Below, piece after piece: positions 15,730-24,231 of a stretch of DNA of 32,000 bases. The notes under the pieces were generated by a model that saw nothing but the letters and a program-made list of their open reading frames with translations, searched no databases and was not told where the DNA came from. Numbering within the stretch: position 1 is the stretch's first letter; every line of letters begins with the position of its first letter. This DNA comes from Schaalia odontolytica. Lineage in GTDB: Bacteria; Actinomycetota; Actinomycetes; Actinomycetales; Actinomycetaceae. The DNA is taken from assembly GCF_005696695.1 (NCBI RefSeq), contig NZ_CP040006.1:210001-242000 (forward strand), in the 5' to 3' direction. A program made the position numbers and the translations under genes.

Positions 15730-17073
15730 ATGAGCGCGACCGACCCCGCGGCCAAGAAGAGCCGCTACCTGCTCACTGACTGGAACCCCAACGACGAGTC
15801 CAAGTGGGACTCGAAGCTCGCGTGGCGCACGCTGTGGATCACGACCTACTCGCTGATCCTGGCGTTCTGCGTGTGGTTCCTGCCCAGCGCGATCGCCCCC
15901 AAGCTGACTGCCCTTGGCTTCCACCTGGATAAGTCTCAGCTCTACTGGCTCACCGCCCTCCCGGGCCTGGCCGCCGGCATCCTGCGCCTCATCTACATGT
16001 TCCTGCCCCCGCTCATCGGCACCCGCAAGCTCGTGGGTATCACCTCACTGCTGTGCATCATCCCCATGGTTGGTTGGTTCTACGTCGTTCAGGACAACAC
16101 GACCCCCTACTGGGTCCTGCTGACCCTGGCCTTCATGTGTGGCATCGGCGGCGGCGCGTTCTCCGGCTACATGCCCTCCACCGGCTACTTCTTCCCCAAG
16201 CGCCTGTCCGGCACGGCCCTCGGCCTGCAGGGCGGCATCGGTAACCTCGGCATGTCCGTCATTCTGCTTGTTGGTCCTGTGTTGATGGGCTTTGGTCTTT
16301 TCGGTCTGACCTGGCTGGCGCCCCAGCAGCAGGTCGCCGGCGACCACGTCGGTGAGAGCATCTGGGTCTACAACGCAGCGATCTTCTTCGTTCCGTGGTG
16401 CATCCTCGCGGCGATCCTCGCCTTCGTCTGGCTGCGTGACGTGCCCGTCAAGGCCAACCTCAAGCAGCAGCTGGACATCTTCTCCAACCCCAACACCTGG
16501 TACATGACCATCCTCTACGTCATGACCTTCGGCCTCTTCTCCGGCTTCTCCGCCGTCTTCGCTCTCCTCATCAACAACCAGTTCGGTGACCAGTCGGCCC
16601 TCAACCTGGGTGTCAAGGGCGCGACCTACGCCTTCCTCGGCCCCCTCATCGGCTCGCTCATCCGCATGTCCTGGGGAATCTTCTGCGACCGCATGGGCGG
16701 CGCCATCTGGACCTTCATCTCCGGCGTCGGCATGGCGGTCACCATGGGCGGCATCGCCTGGGTCCTGACCAACCCCACCGGTAAGACGGACTTCTACATC
16801 TTCCTGGGCCTCATGCTCGCCATGTTCCTGTTCTCCGGCTTCGGTAACGCCGGTACCTTCAAGCAGATGCCGATGATCATGCCGGCCCGCCAGGCCGGCG
16901 GCGCCATCGGCTTCACCGCGGCGATCGCCTCCCTCGGCCCCTTCCTGGTCGGCGTCGCGCTCTCCGCTATCAGCGCCCCGGTCTTCTTCGCGGGCTGCGC
17001 CATCTTCTGCGCCCTGTGCTCGGTCCTGTGCTGGATCATGTACGCGCGCAAGAACGCCCCGTTCCCCGGCTGA
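15730..17073 (+). CDS. narK: Nitrate/nitrite transporter NarK (MFS)
   Basis: 447 aa from MSATDPAAKKSRYLLTDWNP. The ATG at 15730 is preceded by GAGGAGA. It has about 12 hydrophobic segments and lies immediately upstream of narGHJI. Confidence 0.9.
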   Translation: MSATDPAAKKSRYLLTDWNPNDESKWDSKLAWRTLWITTYSLILAFCVWFLPSAIAPKLTALGFHLDKSQLYWLTALPGLAAGILRLIYMFLPPLIGTRKLVGITSLLCIIPMVGWFYVVQDNTTPYWVLLTLAFMCGIGGGAFSGYMPSTGYFFPKRLSGTALGLQGGIGNLGMSVILLVGPVLMGFGLFGLTWLAPQQQVAGDHVGESIWVYNAAIFFVPWCILAAILAFVWLRDVPVKANLKQQLDIFSNPNTWYMTILYVMTFGLFSGFSAVFALLINNQFGDQSALNLGVKGATYAFLGPLIGSLIRMSWGIFCDRMGGAIWTFISGVGMAVTMGGIAWVLTNPTGKTDFYIFLGLMLAMFLFSGFGNAGTFKQMPMIMPARQAGGAIGFTAAIASLGPFLVGVALSAISAPVFFAGCAIFCALCSVLCWIMYARKNAPFPG

Positions 17074-17141
17074 TCCACCCGGCACTGCGTGGTGCCGACG
17101 GACCTGCCACTGCCTCGTCAATCGACTCTTAGGAGCACCCC

Positions 17142-20100
17142 ATGACGAATCTCGAATCCGATATGACCTTCCCGACCTACGGCGGCGAGGTCAAGCCCGC
17201 GACCGGCGCGACCCTGTTCGCGCTCGGCTCGTGGCTGCGTCGCGGCAAGGCGTCCGCCGACGCGCGCCAGCTCTTCCTTGAGGGCGGCCGCGACGGCGAC
17301 TCCTTCTACCGCGACCGCTGGAGCTACGACAAGATCGTGCGCTCCACCCATGGCGTGAACTGCACGGGCTCCTGCTCGTGGAAGATCTTCGTCAAGGACG
17401 GCGTCATCACCTGGGAAACCCAGCAGACTGACTACCCGTCGACCGGCGCGGACATGCCCGAGTACGAGCCCCGCGGCTGCCCGCGTGGTGCGGCGTTCTC
17501 GTGGTACGAGTACTCGCCGACCCGTATCAAGTACCCCTACGTGCGCGGCGTCCTGCTCGACATGTTCCGCGAGGCCAAGAAGCGCCTCGGGGATCCCGTC
17601 GACGCGTGGGCCGCGGTCGTCGAGGACCCGGAGAAGGCACGCGCCTACAAGTCGCAGCGTGGCCGCGGCGGCATGGTCCGCGTGTCGTGGGAAGAGGCGA
17701 TGGAGATCGTCGCCGCCGCCTACGTGCACACGATCAAGCAGTACGGCCCCGACCGCATCGCCGGCTTCTCGGTCATCCCCGCCATGTCGATGATCTCCTA
17801 CGGTGCGGGTGCCCGCTTCCACGAGCTCATCGGCGCCACCATGCTGTCCTTCTACGACTGGTACGCGGACCTGCCCCCGGCCTCGCCGCAGGTGTTCGGC
17901 GACCAGACCGACGTGCCCGAGGCCGGCGACTGGTTCAACTCGCAGTACCTCATCATGTGGGGCACGAACCTGCCGCTGACCCGTACCCCCGACGCTCACT
18001 TCATGGCCGAGGCCCGCTACCACGGCCAGAAGGTCATCGTCGTGTCCCCGGACTTCGCGGACAACACGAAGTTCGCGGACGACTGGTTGCGCGTCCAGCC
18101 CGGCACGGACGGCGCCCTGGCCCAGTCCATGGGTCACGTCATCCTCAAGGAATTCCACGTCGGCAAGCGCGAGCCCATGTTCCTCGATTACATGAAGCGC
18201 TACACCGACTCCCCGTTCCTGGTGGAGATCAACGAGGTCGGTGAGGGCGCCCACGAGGGAGTCGCCCCGACGACCCTGGTCCCCGGCAAGTTCCTGACGG
18301 CCGCCAAGATGCCCGCAGGCACGACCGAGCGCACCGAGAACAACCAGTTCCGTCCCCTCGTCATCGAGGCCGACGGCACGGTCAAGGACCCGGGCGGCAC
18401 GCTCGCCGATCGCTTCGGCGAGGAGGGCGCCGGCCACTGGAACCTCAACCTGGATGGCGTCGAGCCCGTCATGTCCATCATGGACACGGACGAGTGGGAA
18501 GCCGTTGAGATTGCCCTGCCGCGCTTCGACCTGCCCGCGGCCCCCGGCCAGGCCTCGGTCGGCGGCGGCTACGTGAAGCGTGGCGTGCCCGCGCGCCGCG
18601 TCAACGGCCGCCTCGTGACGACCGTGTTCGACATCCTGCTCGCCCAGTACGCCGTCGAGCGTGAGGGCCTGCCGGGCCAGTGGCCCACCGACTACATGGA
18701 CGCCTCCACGCCGGGCACCCCCGCGTGGCAGGAGGAGTTCACGTCGGTTCCCGCCGGAGCCGCCATCAAGATCGGCCGCGAGTTCGCACAGAACGCGGTT
18801 GAGACCGAGGGCCGTTCCATGATCCTCATGGGTGCCGGCACGAACCACTACTACCACTCCGACGAGATGTACCGTACGTTCCTGGCGCTCACGGAAATGT
18901 GTGGCACCCAGGGTCGCAACGGTGGCGGCTGGGCCCACTACGTGGGTCAGGAGAAGGTCCGCCCGATCATGGGTTGGGGCTCCTTCACCTTCGCCCTGGA
19001 CTGGGCGCGCCCGCCGCGCCAGATGATCTCCACCGGCTGGTACTACATGACCACCGACCAGTGGCGCTACGACGGGGCCCCGGCCTCGGCCATGGCGAAC
19101 CCGATCAAGTCCTCGCACCTGGACGGCAAGCAGCTGGTCGATACCCTCGTCGAGTCGGTTCAGCGCGGCTGGATGCCCTGCTACCCGACGTTCTCCAAGG
19201 GCTCGACCCAGCTGGGTCGCGAGGCCGCCGAGGCCGGCATGGCCCCCGCGGAATACGTGTCCCAGGAGCTGCGCGAGGGTCGCCTCCAGTTCGCGATCGA
19301 GGACCCGGACGCCCACCACAACGTCCCGAAGATCCTCGCGAACTGGCGTACGAACCTGCTTGGCTCGTCCGCGAAGGGCACCGAGTTCTTCCTGCGCCAC
19401 ATGCTGGGTACCGGCAACGAGGTCAACGCCGAGGAGCTGGAAGAGGGCAACCGCCCCGCGTCCGTCAACTGGCGTGAGGCTCACCCCGGCAAGCTCGACC
19501 TCATGTGGGTCGCGGACTTCCGCAACACCTCGACGACGCTGCACTCCGACGTCGTGCTGCCCGCCGCCACTTGGTATGAGAAGCACGACCTGTCCTCCAC
19601 GGACATGCACCCCTTCATGCACTGCTTCGACGAGGCCGTGAACCCGCCGTGGGAGGCGCGTACCGACTTCGAGGTGTTCCAGACCCTGGCTCGCCTCGTC
19701 GGCCGCATGGCCCCCGGCCACCTGGACACCCAGACGGACGTCGTCGCGGTCCCGCTGGGCCACGACTCCCCGGACGCCATGACCATGGTGGACGGCGTCG
19801 TTCCCGAGCAGACGTGGACGCCCGGCAAGACCATGCCGAAGCTGGTCCCGATCGAGCGCGACTACACGCAGGTTGGCTACAAGTTCGACCGCATGGGTCC
19901 GCTCCTGCCCAAGGCCGGACTGGCCTCGAAGGGCGTTGCGTACAACGTGCAGGAGGCGTACGAGCAGCTCGGCGACCTCAACGGCCGCGCCCCGATGGAC
20001 GGCAACGCCGGCGAGGGCATGCCGCTGTGCGACACCGCCATCAAGGCGGCGAACATGGCGCTGCGCTTCTCGGGCACCACGAACGGCTCGCTGGCCGTTC

Positions 20101-20912
20101 AGGGCTTCCGCACGCTGGAAAAGCGCGTCGGCAACGAGATGGCGTTCCTGGCCGAAGGTGACGAAGAAAAGAAGATCACCTACCAGGACACCGTCCTGCA
20201 GCCGCGCAGCGTCATCACCAGCCCCGAGTGGTCGGGTTCCGAGCACGGCGGTCGCCGCTACAGCGCCTTCGTGCAGAACGTCGAGTGCCGCAAGCCGTGG
20301 CACACGCTCACGGGCCGCCCGCAGTTCTACGTCGACCACGACTGGATGATGGACATGGGCGAGTCCCTGCCGATCTTCCGTCCGCCGCTCGACCTGGCGC
20401 ACATCTACGGTGAGCGCCCCGTCGGCGACCACCGTCCCGGCCAGCCGGGTCAGGCCGAGGTCGCGGTGCGCTACCTGACGATCCACAACAAGTGGGCCAT
20501 CCACTCTCAGTACTACGACAACCCGTACATGCTGACGCTGGGTCGTGGTGGCCAGACGGTGTGGATGAGCCCGCAGGACGCCGAGAAGATCGGCGTGCGC
20601 GACAACGAGTGGATCGAGGCGAAGAACCGTAACGGCACCGTGTCGGCTCGCGCTGTCGTCTCCCACCGCATCCCGGAGGGCACGGTGTTCATGCACCACG
20701 CCCAGGATCGCCAGATCAACACCCCGCTGAACGAGGGGTCCGGCAAGCGCGGCGGTACGCACAACTCGCTGACCCGAATCTTCATTAAGCCGACCCACCT
20801 GGCCGGCGGATACGCGCAGTTCGCCTACGCGTTCAACTACTACGGTCCCACCGGCAATAACCGCGACGAGGTCACGGTTATCCGCCGCCGCTCCCAGGAG
20901 GTGCAGTTCTGA
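17142..20912 (+). CDS. narG: Respiratory nitrate reductase alpha subunit NarG
   Basis: 1256 aa. It has the N-terminal HGVNCTGSCSWK motif (FS0 His/Cys cluster) and no Tat signal. AGGAG lies upstream. The stop overlaps the narH start. Confidence 0.97.
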   Translation: MTNLESDMTFPTYGGEVKPATGATLFALGSWLRRGKASADARQLFLEGGRDGDSFYRDRWSYDKIVRSTHGVNCTGSCSWKIFVKDGVITWETQQTDYPSTGADMPEYEPRGCPRGAAFSWYEYSPTRIKYPYVRGVLLDMFREAKKRLGDPVDAWAAVVEDPEKARAYKSQRGRGGMVRVSWEEAMEIVAAAYVHTIKQYGPDRIAGFSVIPAMSMISYGAGARFHELIGATMLSFYDWYADLPPASPQVFGDQTDVPEAGDWFNSQYLIMWGTNLPLTRTPDAHFMAEARYHGQKVIVVSPDFADNTKFADDWLRVQPGTDGALAQSMGHVILKEFHVGKREPMFLDYMKRYTDSPFLVEINEVGEGAHEGVAPTTLVPGKFLTAAKMPAGTTERTENNQFRPLVIEADGTVKDPGGTLADRFGEEGAGHWNLNLDGVEPVMSIMDTDEWEAVEIALPRFDLPAAPGQASVGGGYVKRGVPARRVNGRLVTTVFDILLAQYAVEREGLPGQWPTDYMDASTPGTPAWQEEFTSVPAGAAIKIGREFAQNAVETEGRSMILMGAGTNHYYHSDEMYRTFLALTEMCGTQGRNGGGWAHYVGQEKVRPIMGWGSFTFALDWARPPRQMISTGWYYMTTDQWRYDGAPASAMANPIKSSHLDGKQLVDTLVESVQRGWMPCYPTFSKGSTQLGREAAEAGMAPAEYVSQELREGRLQFAIEDPDAHHNVPKILANWRTNLLGSSAKGTEFFLRHMLGTGNEVNAEELEEGNRPASVNWREAHPGKLDLMWVADFRNTSTTLHSDVVLPAATWYEKHDLSSTDMHPFMHCFDEAVNPPWEARTDFEVFQTLARLVGRMAPGHLDTQTDVVAVPLGHDSPDAMTMVDGVVPEQTWTPGKTMPKLVPIERDYTQVGYKFDRMGPLLPKAGLASKGVAYNVQEAYEQLGDLNGRAPMDGNAGEGMPLCDTAIKAANMALRFSGTTNGSLAVQGFRTLEKRVGNEMAFLAEGDEEKKITYQDTVLQPRSVITSPEWSGSEHGGRRYSAFVQNVECRKPWHTLTGRPQFYVDHDWMMDMGESLPIFRPPLDLAHIYGERPVGDHRPGQPGQAEVAVRYLTIHNKWAIHSQYYDNPYMLTLGRGGQTVWMSPQDAEKIGVRDNEWIEAKNRNGTVSARAVVSHRIPEGTVFMHHAQDRQINTPLNEGSGKRGGTHNSLTRIFIKPTHLAGGYAQFAYAFNYYGPTGNNRDEVTVIRRRSQEVQF

Positions 20913-22462
20913 TGAAGGTCATGGCTCAGATCGCGATGGTGATGAACCTCGACAAGTGCATCGGCTGCCACACCTGTTCGGTCACCTGTAAGCAGGTGTG
21001 GACGAACCGCGAGGGTACCGAGTACATCTGGTTCAACAACGTCGAAACCCGTCCCGGCGTGGGCTACCCCCGCGGCTGGGAGGACCAGAAGAAGTGGAAG
21101 GGCGGCTGGAAGCGCACCGCCACGGGCCGCCTCGTTCCCCGTCAGGGCGGACGCGTCGCCTCGCTCGCGAAGATCTTCGCGAACCCGACGCAGCCGACCA
21201 TGAAGGACTACTACGAGCCGTGGACGTACGAGTACGACAAGCTGCTCCAGGCGCCCGCGAACTCCCGCGCGATCCCGACGGCCCGCGCGAAGTCCAAGAT
21301 CACGGGCGAGCACATTGACAAGCCCGAGTGGGGCCCGAACTGGGACGATGACCTGGGCGGCTCCATGGAGACCCTGGATCAGGACCCGGTCCTGCACCAG
21401 ATGAACCTCCAGGTCGCGAAGACCATCGAGGACGCGTACATGTTCTACCTGCCTCGCATCTGCGAGCACTGCCTGAATCCGACCTGCGTGTCGGCGTGCC
21501 CCTCGGGCGCGATGTACAAGCGCACCGAGGATGGCATCGTCCTCGTTGACCAGGATCAGTGCCGCGGCTGGCGCATGTGCGTGTCGGCCTGCCCCTACAA
21601 GAAGGTCTACTTCAACCACAACACGGGCAAGGCCGAGAAGTGCACGCTGTGCTACCCGCGCCTCGAGGTCGGCCAGCCGACCATCTGCTCGGAGACCTGC
21701 GTGGGCCGCCTGCGCTACATGGGCGTGCTGCTCTACGACGCGGACCGCGTCACCTGGGCCGCGTCCCAGGAGGACGAGCGCGACCTGTACCGCGCCCAGC
21801 GCGAGATCCTGCTCGACCCGAACGACCCGCAGGTGGTCGCCCAGGCCCAGGCCAACGGCGTTCCCCACTCGTGGATCACGGCCGCCCAGCAGTCCCCGAT
21901 CTGGAAGCTCATCACCGAGTACGAGGTTGCCCTGCCGCTGCACCCCGAGTTCCGCACCCTGCCGATGGTCTGGTACGTGCCGCCGCTCTCCCCGGTCGTC
22001 GACCAGGTGACCGCGTCCGGTAGCGACGGCGAGGACCACAAGGTTCTGCTGTCCGCCATCTCGCAGATGCGCATCCCGCTGGAGTACCTGGCCGGCCTGT
22101 TCACGGCCGGAGATACGGCCCCCGTGGAGCTGGCGCTGCGTCGCCTCGCCGCGATGCGCTCCTACATGCGCGACGTGTTCGTCGATAACCCGACGAACGA
22201 GGAGATCCCGGCCTCCGTGGGCATGACCCCGGAGAAGGTCAAGGAGATGTACCGCCTGCTGTCGATCGCTAAGTACGACGACCGCTTCGTCATCCCGACC
22301 GCCCACCCCGAGATGCCTCGCGGCATCAAGGATCTCGAGGGCTGCCCGGTGTCCTACGACGTCGAGGCCTTCCACGGCCTGGCCCCCGCCACGTCGAACC
22401 GCCCGATGGGTGGCTCGTCGCCGGAGGGACGCCAGATGCTCCCCCTTGAGGTCGTTCGATGA
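20912..22462 (+). CDS. narH: Respiratory nitrate reductase beta subunit NarH
   Basis: 516 aa. Ferredoxin-type cysteine groups are present: CIGCHTCSVTCK, CEHCLNPTCVSACP, CRGWRMCVSACP and CTLCYPR. Confidence 0.97.
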   Translation: MKVMAQIAMVMNLDKCIGCHTCSVTCKQVWTNREGTEYIWFNNVETRPGVGYPRGWEDQKKWKGGWKRTATGRLVPRQGGRVASLAKIFANPTQPTMKDYYEPWTYEYDKLLQAPANSRAIPTARAKSKITGEHIDKPEWGPNWDDDLGGSMETLDQDPVLHQMNLQVAKTIEDAYMFYLPRICEHCLNPTCVSACPSGAMYKRTEDGIVLVDQDQCRGWRMCVSACPYKKVYFNHNTGKAEKCTLCYPRLEVGQPTICSETCVGRLRYMGVLLYDADRVTWAASQEDERDLYRAQREILLDPNDPQVVAQAQANGVPHSWITAAQQSPIWKLITEYEVALPLHPEFRTLPMVWYVPPLSPVVDQVTASGSDGEDHKVLLSAISQMRIPLEYLAGLFTAGDTAPVELALRRLAAMRSYMRDVFVDNPTNEEIPASVGMTPEKVKEMYRLLSIAKYDDRFVIPTAHPEMPRGIKDLEGCPVSYDVEAFHGLAPATSNRPMGGSSPEGRQMLPLEVVR

Positions 22463-23148
22463 GTACTTTCGTCGGCATTCCGCGCATTCCTACGGCCGCT
22501 CCGGAGACGGAGATGGATCCGCAGGACGCGCGCGGTGTGCGCATGGCGGTCTCGGTCCTCCTGGACTATCCGGGGGATGACTTCGAGACCAAGCTGGACG
22601 CGGTCGAGGAGGCTCTGGCGAACCTGCCGGAGCCGGCCTCGGCGTCCCTGGCCACGTTCGTGAGCTACGCTCGCGCCGCTGGCCTGCGCGCCATGCAGAC
22701 CACCTACGTGGAGACGTTCGACCAGCGCCGACGCTGCGCGCTCGGCCTGACGTACTACACGCACGGCGACACTCGCGGACGCGGCCAGGCCATCTTGGCC
22801 TTCAAGGAGATCCTGCGCCGCGCCGGTTTCGAGATGGAACGCGAGGAGCTGCCCGATCACCTGCCGGTGGTCCTGGAGTTCGCGGCCTTCGACGAGACCG
22901 GTACGGCCGAGGGCCTGCTGCGCTCCAACCGCGAGGGTATCGAGGTGATCCGCACGGCGCTGCGCGCCGCGGACTCCCCGTACGCGCCGCTGCTGGATGC
23001 GCTGGTCGCGACGCTGCCCGAGCCGGACGAAAAGACCATTGAGGGCTTCCGTAAGCTCATTAGCCAGGGGCCGCCCACCGAACTGGTGGGCGTGGGCGAT
23101 CTGTCTGCCACGCCCTTCCCGACTTCCAATTCAACGATGGGACGGTAA
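22459..23148 (+). CDS. narJ: Nitrate reductase molybdenum cofactor assembly chaperone NarJ
   Basis: 229 aa, with ATGA overlap to narH. NarJ-like core: YVETFDQRRRCALGLTYYTHGDTRGRGQAILAFKE...LPDHLPVVLEFAAF. Confidence 0.9.
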   Translation: MSTFVGIPRIPTAAPETEMDPQDARGVRMAVSVLLDYPGDDFETKLDAVEEALANLPEPASASLATFVSYARAAGLRAMQTTYVETFDQRRRCALGLTYYTHGDTRGRGQAILAFKEILRRAGFEMEREELPDHLPVVLEFAAFDETGTAEGLLRSNREGIEVIRTALRAADSPYAPLLDALVATLPEPDEKTIEGFRKLISQGPPTELVGVGDLSATPFPTSNSTMGR

Positions 23149-23153
23149 CGTTC

Positions 23154-23930
23154 ATGGAATCCGCACTTTTGCATGCCGCGTCTGCAGCCGAGACGCAGTC
23201 GCTGTCCTTCCTGGACATTGCCCTGTGGGTGGTCCTGCCCTACGTGTCCTTCGCGATCCTCATCGTGGGCCTCGCGTGGCGCTACAAGACGGACCAGTAC
23301 GGCTGGACGTCTCGTTCCTCGCAGTGGAATGAGCCGACCATCCTGCGCTGGGCGTCGCCGCTGTTCCACTTCGGTGTTCTCTTCGTGTTCATGGGCCACA
23401 TCCTCGGCCTTGTGATCCCGAAGACGTGGACCGAGGCGGCCGGCGTGCCCCAGCACGTGTACCACCTGATGGCCACGATCCCCGGTACGATCGCCGGAAT
23501 CATGACGATCGTCGGCCTCGCGATGCTGATCTACCGCCGTCTGGTGTACAAGTCGGTGCGCGTGGCGACGACCCGCATGGATATCGTCACCTACGTCATG
23601 CTGACCATTCCGGTGCTCCTGGGCGGCGCGGCGACGCTGCTGAACCAGGTGCTCGGTGGGCACGAGGGCTACGACTACCGCGAGACGATCTCCGTCTGGT
23701 TCCGGTCGATCTTCTACCTGCACCCGCAGGCGCATCTGATGGTCGACGTGCCCCTCAGCTTCAAGCTGCACATCGTCGCTGGCCTGCTGCTCTTCTGCGT
23801 GTGGCCGTTCACCCGCCTCGTGCACGCGGTGAGCGCGCCGGTCGGCTACGTGGCGCGTCCCCCGGTGGTCTACCGTGCGCGCGACGAGCGCCGCGAGCAC
23901 CAGCTGACGCGCGGCGGTATGTCGGACTGA
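23154..23930 (+). CDS. narI: Respiratory nitrate reductase gamma subunit NarI
   Basis: 258 aa with five hydrophobic helices. Conserved WRYKTDQYGWTSRSSQ and FHFGVLFVFMGH segments are present. It is the last gene of narGHJI. Confidence 0.93.
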   Translation: MESALLHAASAAETQSLSFLDIALWVVLPYVSFAILIVGLAWRYKTDQYGWTSRSSQWNEPTILRWASPLFHFGVLFVFMGHILGLVIPKTWTEAAGVPQHVYHLMATIPGTIAGIMTIVGLAMLIYRRLVYKSVRVATTRMDIVTYVMLTIPVLLGGAATLLNQVLGGHEGYDYRETISVWFRSIFYLHPQAHLMVDVPLSFKLHIVAGLLLFCVWPFTRLVHAVSAPVGYVARPPVVYRARDERREHQLTRGGMSD

Positions 23931-23995
23931 TCGATGGCCGTGCCCGTCGCGGTCCCTCGCTCCTTGGCGAGGCCGTGGCGTGGTGATCGGCAGGG

Positions 23996-24029
23996 GCGGG
24001 GGCGAGCGCAGGCTCGCCCCCGCGTCTTT
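23996..24029 (+). terminator. Terminator after narI
   Basis: A perfect 12-bp stem GCGGGGGCGAGC / GCTCGCCCCCGC with loop GCAG, followed by GTCTTTA. Confidence 0.7.
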
Positions 24030-24130
24030 ATCGTGGTCCCCGCGTTCTCACCTGTATGAATAGAGCGATAGACCCCGCGTAATGCGACCGACTGCTGGTA
24101 TTGGCCGTGCGGGTGGCTGTCTGTGATGGG

Positions 24131-24148
24131 TAGAATAAAGCGCGCTTT
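24131..24148 (+). promoter_or_regulatory. Candidate -10 box (TAGAAT) abutting a 12-bp perfect palindrome AAAGCGCGCTTT, upstream of the wHTH-MoaD gene
   Basis: TAGAAT lies at 24131-24136 in an AT-rich island. The palindrome at 24137-24148 lies ~85 nt upstream of the ATG at 24232. I found no convincing -35. A palindrome of this size is not statistically exceptional. Confidence 0.3.
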
Positions 24149-24231
24149 GTTAGTAACGTAACAGCTTTAATGCCGTATGGAGATGCCTATGAAGGGCATT
24201 TCCGCTGATTATGAGGGAGAGAGGATACGTC

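Noticed and set aside
17118-20798. 1226-aa ORF antisense to narG, and similar long antisense ORFs at 20840-22375, 16045-17121, 22857-23900, 6397-7602, 7494-8624, 25534-27183 and 30512-31345.
   Set aside because: Their translations are low-complexity (Arg/Gly/Asp/His/Val-rich) with no recognisable motifs. Each lies exactly opposite a gene with unmistakable family motifs. Stop-codon depletion on the antisense strand is expected at this G+C level.
24146-24158. Shared box TTTGT(T/C)AGTAACG upstream of the wHTH-moaD gene (24146-24158) and of the MBL-repeat gene (27198-27210). AGTAACG also occurs at the metN SD (5848-5854), and GTAAC-like words occur at 30452-30457 and 15643-15648.
   Set aside because: It is tempting as a common operator. 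However, my rough estimate is that a 12/13 match between two sites within ~4 kb of AT-richer intergenic DNA is expected several times by chance. The heptamer also occurs at an unrelated gene. It is kept only as a site to include in EMSA or motif tests.
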